Positions 27,094-30,257 of a stretch of 30,257 bases of DNA are shown in pieces. Source of the DNA: Verrucomicrobiia bacterium. Lineage in GTDB: Bacteria; Verrucomicrobiota; Verrucomicrobiia; Limisphaerales; UBA11358. Location of the stretch: assembly GCA_030044395.1 (NCBI GenBank), contig JASHVW010000447.1:1-30257 (forward strand), in the 5' to 3' direction. How positions within the stretch are numbered: the first letter of the stretch is position 1; the number at the start of each line of letters is the position of its first letter. A model generated the notes under the pieces. That model had not been told where the DNA came from, ran no database searches, and worked only from the letters and a program-made list of their open reading frames with translations. The position numbers and the translations under genes are program-made.

Positions 27094-27831
27094 TTACTCC
27101 ACCACGCCTTGAATGTCACTAAAAATTTTCGTCGCCGCTCGCGCTTGAATCACCCGCGCCAGCGGCGTTTGCCCTTCCCCTAATGACTCTTTTAAAGCAG
27201 CTTCTTTGCCGCTGCCTGAAACAATGACCCAAACCAATCTTGCAGCGGCAATCGCATTGAAGCTCAATGAGATGCGGTGCGGAGGCGGCTTGGGTGAGTT
27301 CTCGACGAAAAGAAAGGAACCGTTGTTTTTCGCATCGTTAGACATTGTTGACATTGCATTTTGAAAGAGCGACGCCACGTGACCGTCTTCACCCATCCCC
27401 AAAAATATCAGATCCAGGATAGGCCGGCCGTTTTTATCCGATGAGGCGAAATGGCGTAATTCTTCCTCGGCGGCTTCCACAGCGGCTTGGGGGGATTTTT
27501 CTCCTGGAATCCGATGAATGTGATTTTTCGAAATTTTCAACGGCTCAAATAAGAGATCGTTTGCCAGCTTGAAATTGCTTTCCGGATCGGTGGGAGGAAC
27601 ACAACGCTCATCCGCCCAGAAAAAATGAATGCGATGGAATGGAACCGCCATCTTCCGGGCCTTTTCGACTGTCTGCGCAAAAAATTTGTGTGTAATTCGT
27701 CCCCCCGAAAGCGCCACGCACGGACTTTTACCGTTGCGATTGGCGATTTCAATTTCATTTAGCCACGCGTCCGCCGCGGCGCCGGCGAGTTCATCGGCAC
27801 TCCCAAATTTCAGCAATTCAAAATTTTTCAT
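27094..27831 (-). CDS. pgl: 6-phosphogluconolactonase
   Basis: VALSGG, FFWADERCVPP, ESNF, DLIFLGMGEDGHVASLF and SPKPPPHRISL motifs. Adjacent to zwf. Confidence 0.95.
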   Translation of the reverse strand: MKNFELLKFGSADELAGAAADAWLNEIEIANRNGKSPCVALSGGRITHKFFAQTVEKARKMAVPFHRIHFFWADERCVPPTDPESNFKLANDLLFEPLKISKNHIHRIPGEKSPQAAVEAAEEELRHFASSDKNGRPILDLIFLGMGEDGHVASLFQNAMSTMSNDAKNNGSFLFVENSPKPPPHRISLSFNAIAAARLVWVIVSGSGKEAALKESLGEGQTPLARVIQARAATKIFSDIQGVVE

Positions 27832-27861
27832 TCGATCAGTGGCATCAGCAACTTTGTCTTT

Positions 27862-29418
27862 TCAAGGTTTGATGATCTGCGGTTCGTGCCAGACATGGCC
27901 CTGCTGCGCCAGCAAATCGTCGGCGGCAATCGGTCCCCACGTGCCGGCGGCATAAAATTCACGATTGGTCAATGCCTTGTCCTTCCACCCGGCGCGGATG
28001 GAATCCACAATTTGCCACGCGGTTTCAACCTCGTCGCGGCGGATAAAAAGCGTGGCATCGCCGGCAATGGCTTCCAGCAGCAGGCGCTCGTAGGCTTCCG
28101 GCGTATAAGCGCCAAATTCGGAGTCATAGCTGAAGTTCATGCGGACGGGCCGCACGCCGAGGCTCATGCCGGGGACTTTCCCGTTAAAACGCAGATAAAT
28201 TCCCTCGTTCGGCTGCAGGCGCAGCGCGATGGCGTTGGGGTCCAAATGCTGCCCGCATTGGGCGGCAAACAATACATTCGGCGTCGGACGGAATTGAATG
28301 CGCACTTCGCTGGCGCTCATCGGCAGGTTCTTTCCCGTTCGCAAATAAAACGGAATCCCGCTCCAGCGCCAGTTGTCTATGAATAATTTCAGGGCCACGT
28401 ACGTCTCCACGTTGGAATCCGTTTTCACCTTGGTTTCCTGGCGATAGCCCGGGCGCAATTGGCCGTTGACCACGCCGGCGAAATACTGGCCGCGCACGAT
28501 CTGTTTGGCAACGTCGTCCGGGGACAAGGCGCGGATGGATTTCAGCAATTTTACCTTTTCATCGCGCACCGCCTCGGCTTCCAACGAGACCGGCGGTTCC
28601 ATGGCGCAGAGCGCCAGCACCTGCAGCATGTGGTTTTGCACCATGTCCCGAAGCGCGCCCGCTTCCTCGTAATAGCCGCCCCGGTCGCCGACGCCAATTT
28701 TTTCGGTGACGGTAATTTGCACGTGGTCCACGGATTCCCGGTTCCACAGCCGCTCGAAGATCGAGTTGGAGAAGCGGAACATTAAAATGTTTTGCACCGT
28801 TTCCTTGCCGAGATAATGGTCAATGCGGCAGACCTGCTGCTCATGCGCGTAGCGCGTCAATTCGGCATTGAGCGCGCGCGCCGACGCAAGGTCGTGGCCA
28901 AAGGGCTTCTCAACGACAAGCCGCTGCCAGGCCGCGCCATTCTTGTTCAACAATCCGGCGCGATGGATTTGCTCGATGACCTCCCCAAATTGGCTGGGTT
29001 GCGTGGCGAGATAGAACAACAGGTTCTCCCGCAACGGACCGCTGCCGAACGACGTCAACATCCCTTCCAGCTTTTTATAAGCCGCGTCCTCGGTAAGGTC
29101 GCCCTGGCAGTAGAAGATGTTCTTTGAAAAGTCCGTCCACACCTTTTCGTCCACGGGTTTCGTGCGGGAGAATTGGTCGAGGGCCATTCGCAATTCGTTT
29201 CGCCAGGATTCGTCCGTCTTTTCCCGGCGGGCAAAGCCGACCACGCGGAAATCGGCAGGCATCTGGTGTTCCTTGCACAAATGATAGAGCGCGGGAATCA
29301 ATTTGCGCGCCGTCAAATCGCCGCTCGCGCCAAAAATGATGATGGAGCATGGCTCCGTCAATTTGCTCCGCTCGCCGCCGATGTTGCTCACCTGCTTGTC
29401 GGACTGTTCTCCTATCAT
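27862..29418 (-). CDS. zwf: Glucose-6-phosphate 1-dehydrogenase
   Basis: GASGDLTARK, VEKPFGHDL, RIDHYLGKE, GALRDMVQNH and YLRTGK motifs. Start approximate (ATG 29418). Confidence 0.97.
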   Translation of the reverse strand: MIGEQSDKQVSNIGGERSKLTEPCSIIIFGASGDLTARKLIPALYHLCKEHQMPADFRVVGFARREKTDESWRNELRMALDQFSRTKPVDEKVWTDFSKNIFYCQGDLTEDAAYKKLEGMLTSFGSGPLRENLLFYLATQPSQFGEVIEQIHRAGLLNKNGAAWQRLVVEKPFGHDLASARALNAELTRYAHEQQVCRIDHYLGKETVQNILMFRFSNSIFERLWNRESVDHVQITVTEKIGVGDRGGYYEEAGALRDMVQNHMLQVLALCAMEPPVSLEAEAVRDEKVKLLKSIRALSPDDVAKQIVRGQYFAGVVNGQLRPGYRQETKVKTDSNVETYVALKLFIDNWRWSGIPFYLRTGKNLPMSASEVRIQFRPTPNVLFAAQCGQHLDPNAIALRLQPNEGIYLRFNGKVPGMSLGVRPVRMNFSYDSEFGAYTPEAYERLLLEAIAGDATLFIRRDEVETAWQIVDSIRAGWKDKALTNREFYAAGTWGPIAADDLLAQQGHVWHEPQIIKP

Positions 29419-29494
29419 CCGGTTACAATGACGCAATCCACTCGAAAATTCAATGCCTCAAAATGCGGCACGTTCCCACACCCCGCTGGCAGGC

Positions 29495-29947
29495 TCACGG
29501 CTTGTTCTTGAGGAGGTCCCGGATTTCGGTCAAAAGCTGCTCGGTAGGCGTGGGGGGCGCGACGGCTTCCTCCTTTTTGATGATGCTGTTGATGATCTTA
29601 ATCATGACGAAAATACAAAATGCCAGAATGATAAAATTCAGTGTAACGGTGAGAAAGTCGCCCCAGGCGAGCACGGGACCAATTTTTTCAGCTTCGGCCA
29701 GCGGCAGATGGGCTCCATTGTTCGCAGCGGCATAAGTTTGCGCTTGCTGGGTGATCTTGAAAGAAAGGGGGATGTAAAAATTGCTGAAATCGAGGTTGCC
29801 GATCAGTTTGCCAACGGGCGGCATGATGACGTCTTTCACCAGGGAATTGACGATGTTGCTGAAAGCGGCGCCAATGATAAAGCCGACCGCGAGGTCAACC
29901 ACGTTGCCTCGCATGACAAATGCCTTAAACTCCTGGAAAAATTTCAT
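29495..29947 (-). CDS. mscL: Large-conductance mechanosensitive channel
   Basis: [26 protein letters not shown] and [11 protein letters not shown] motifs. Start MKFF at 29947. Confidence 0.96.
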   Translation of the reverse strand: MKFFQEFKAFVMRGNVVDLAVGFIIGAAFSNIVNSLVKDVIMPPVGKLIGNLDFSNFYIPLSFKITQQAQTYAAANNGAHLPLAEAEKIGPVLAWGDFLTVTLNFIILAFCIFVMIKIINSIIKKEEAVAPPTPTEQLLTEIRDLLKNKP

Positions 29948-30127
29948 AAGTAATCCATTCTGTTGTCGCAATGATAGCGAGAACCGCGTGACTGAGAAAC
30001 TGAAATTGTGAGTCACAAGGGCGCATCTCATTTTTTGGGCAGATTGACGCATCAAAATGAAAAAAACTGAACACCCAAGTTTTGGATTCCGGGTTGGATT
30101 TGAAATGAAGGACGTTTTTAAAAGCCC

Positions 30128-30166
30128 GCCCTCATCCTGGCCTTCTCCCCCTGGAGAAGGAAGGGG
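30128..30166. repeat. REP-like palindromic element
   Basis: CCTTCTCC-CCCT-GGAGAAGG stem (30141-30160) inside a CCCTCATCCTGGCCTTCTCCCC...GAAGGGG purine/pyrimidine-skewed intergenic unit. Confidence 0.4.
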
Positions 30167-30257
30167 ACGAGGACATGCCTGGATTTGCGGAGCGGCTCTG
30201 CGACTGATTCAGCCTTTCGCATTCATCCACACGGCCTTCTGCAATAACTTATCATGG

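Noticed and set aside
27094-27831. pgl looks somewhat more AT-rich than its neighbours (possible horizontal transfer)
   Set aside because: This is an impression only and was not computed. The gene is in its normal position after zwf with no mobility signatures.
30209-30257. Possible 3' end of a minus-strand gene (...HDKLLQKAVWMNAKG*)
   Set aside because: Only about 15 codons are visible, too few to support or identify.

Overview
A GC-rich, gene-dense bacterial chromosomal segment. The protein styles suggest a Verrucomicrobiota (Pedosphaera/Limisphaerales-like) or related PVC organism; this is inferred, not tested. Housekeeping genes are thrS (partial), shc, trxA, tkt, accA, pgl, zwf and mscL. 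The window also holds a MacAB-like ABC exporter cluster, Rrf2 and LysR regulators, an HtrA-like protease, a GH95 fucosidase, a NUDIX hydrolase and an MFS transporter. The standout is a minus-strand module at 4432-9408. It has three small helical proteins, two of them WXG100-like with W-x-D in place of W-x-G, followed by a 1290-aa membrane-anchored FtsK/EssC-type ATPase. No other canonical type VII secretion components lie nearby, so it may be a minimal T7SS-like system in a probable diderm host. Other notable items: a secreted DA1-like zinc-finger metallopeptidase, a pair of Rrf2 operator palindromes, a ~200-nt structured ncRNA candidate upstream of accA, a K-channel-like mini-protein with a non-canonical filter, and a pilin-head protein lacking a prepilin leader. 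I saw no rRNA, tRNA, CRISPR array or transposase. Start codons were re-chosen by eye where the ORF track gave implausible extensions.
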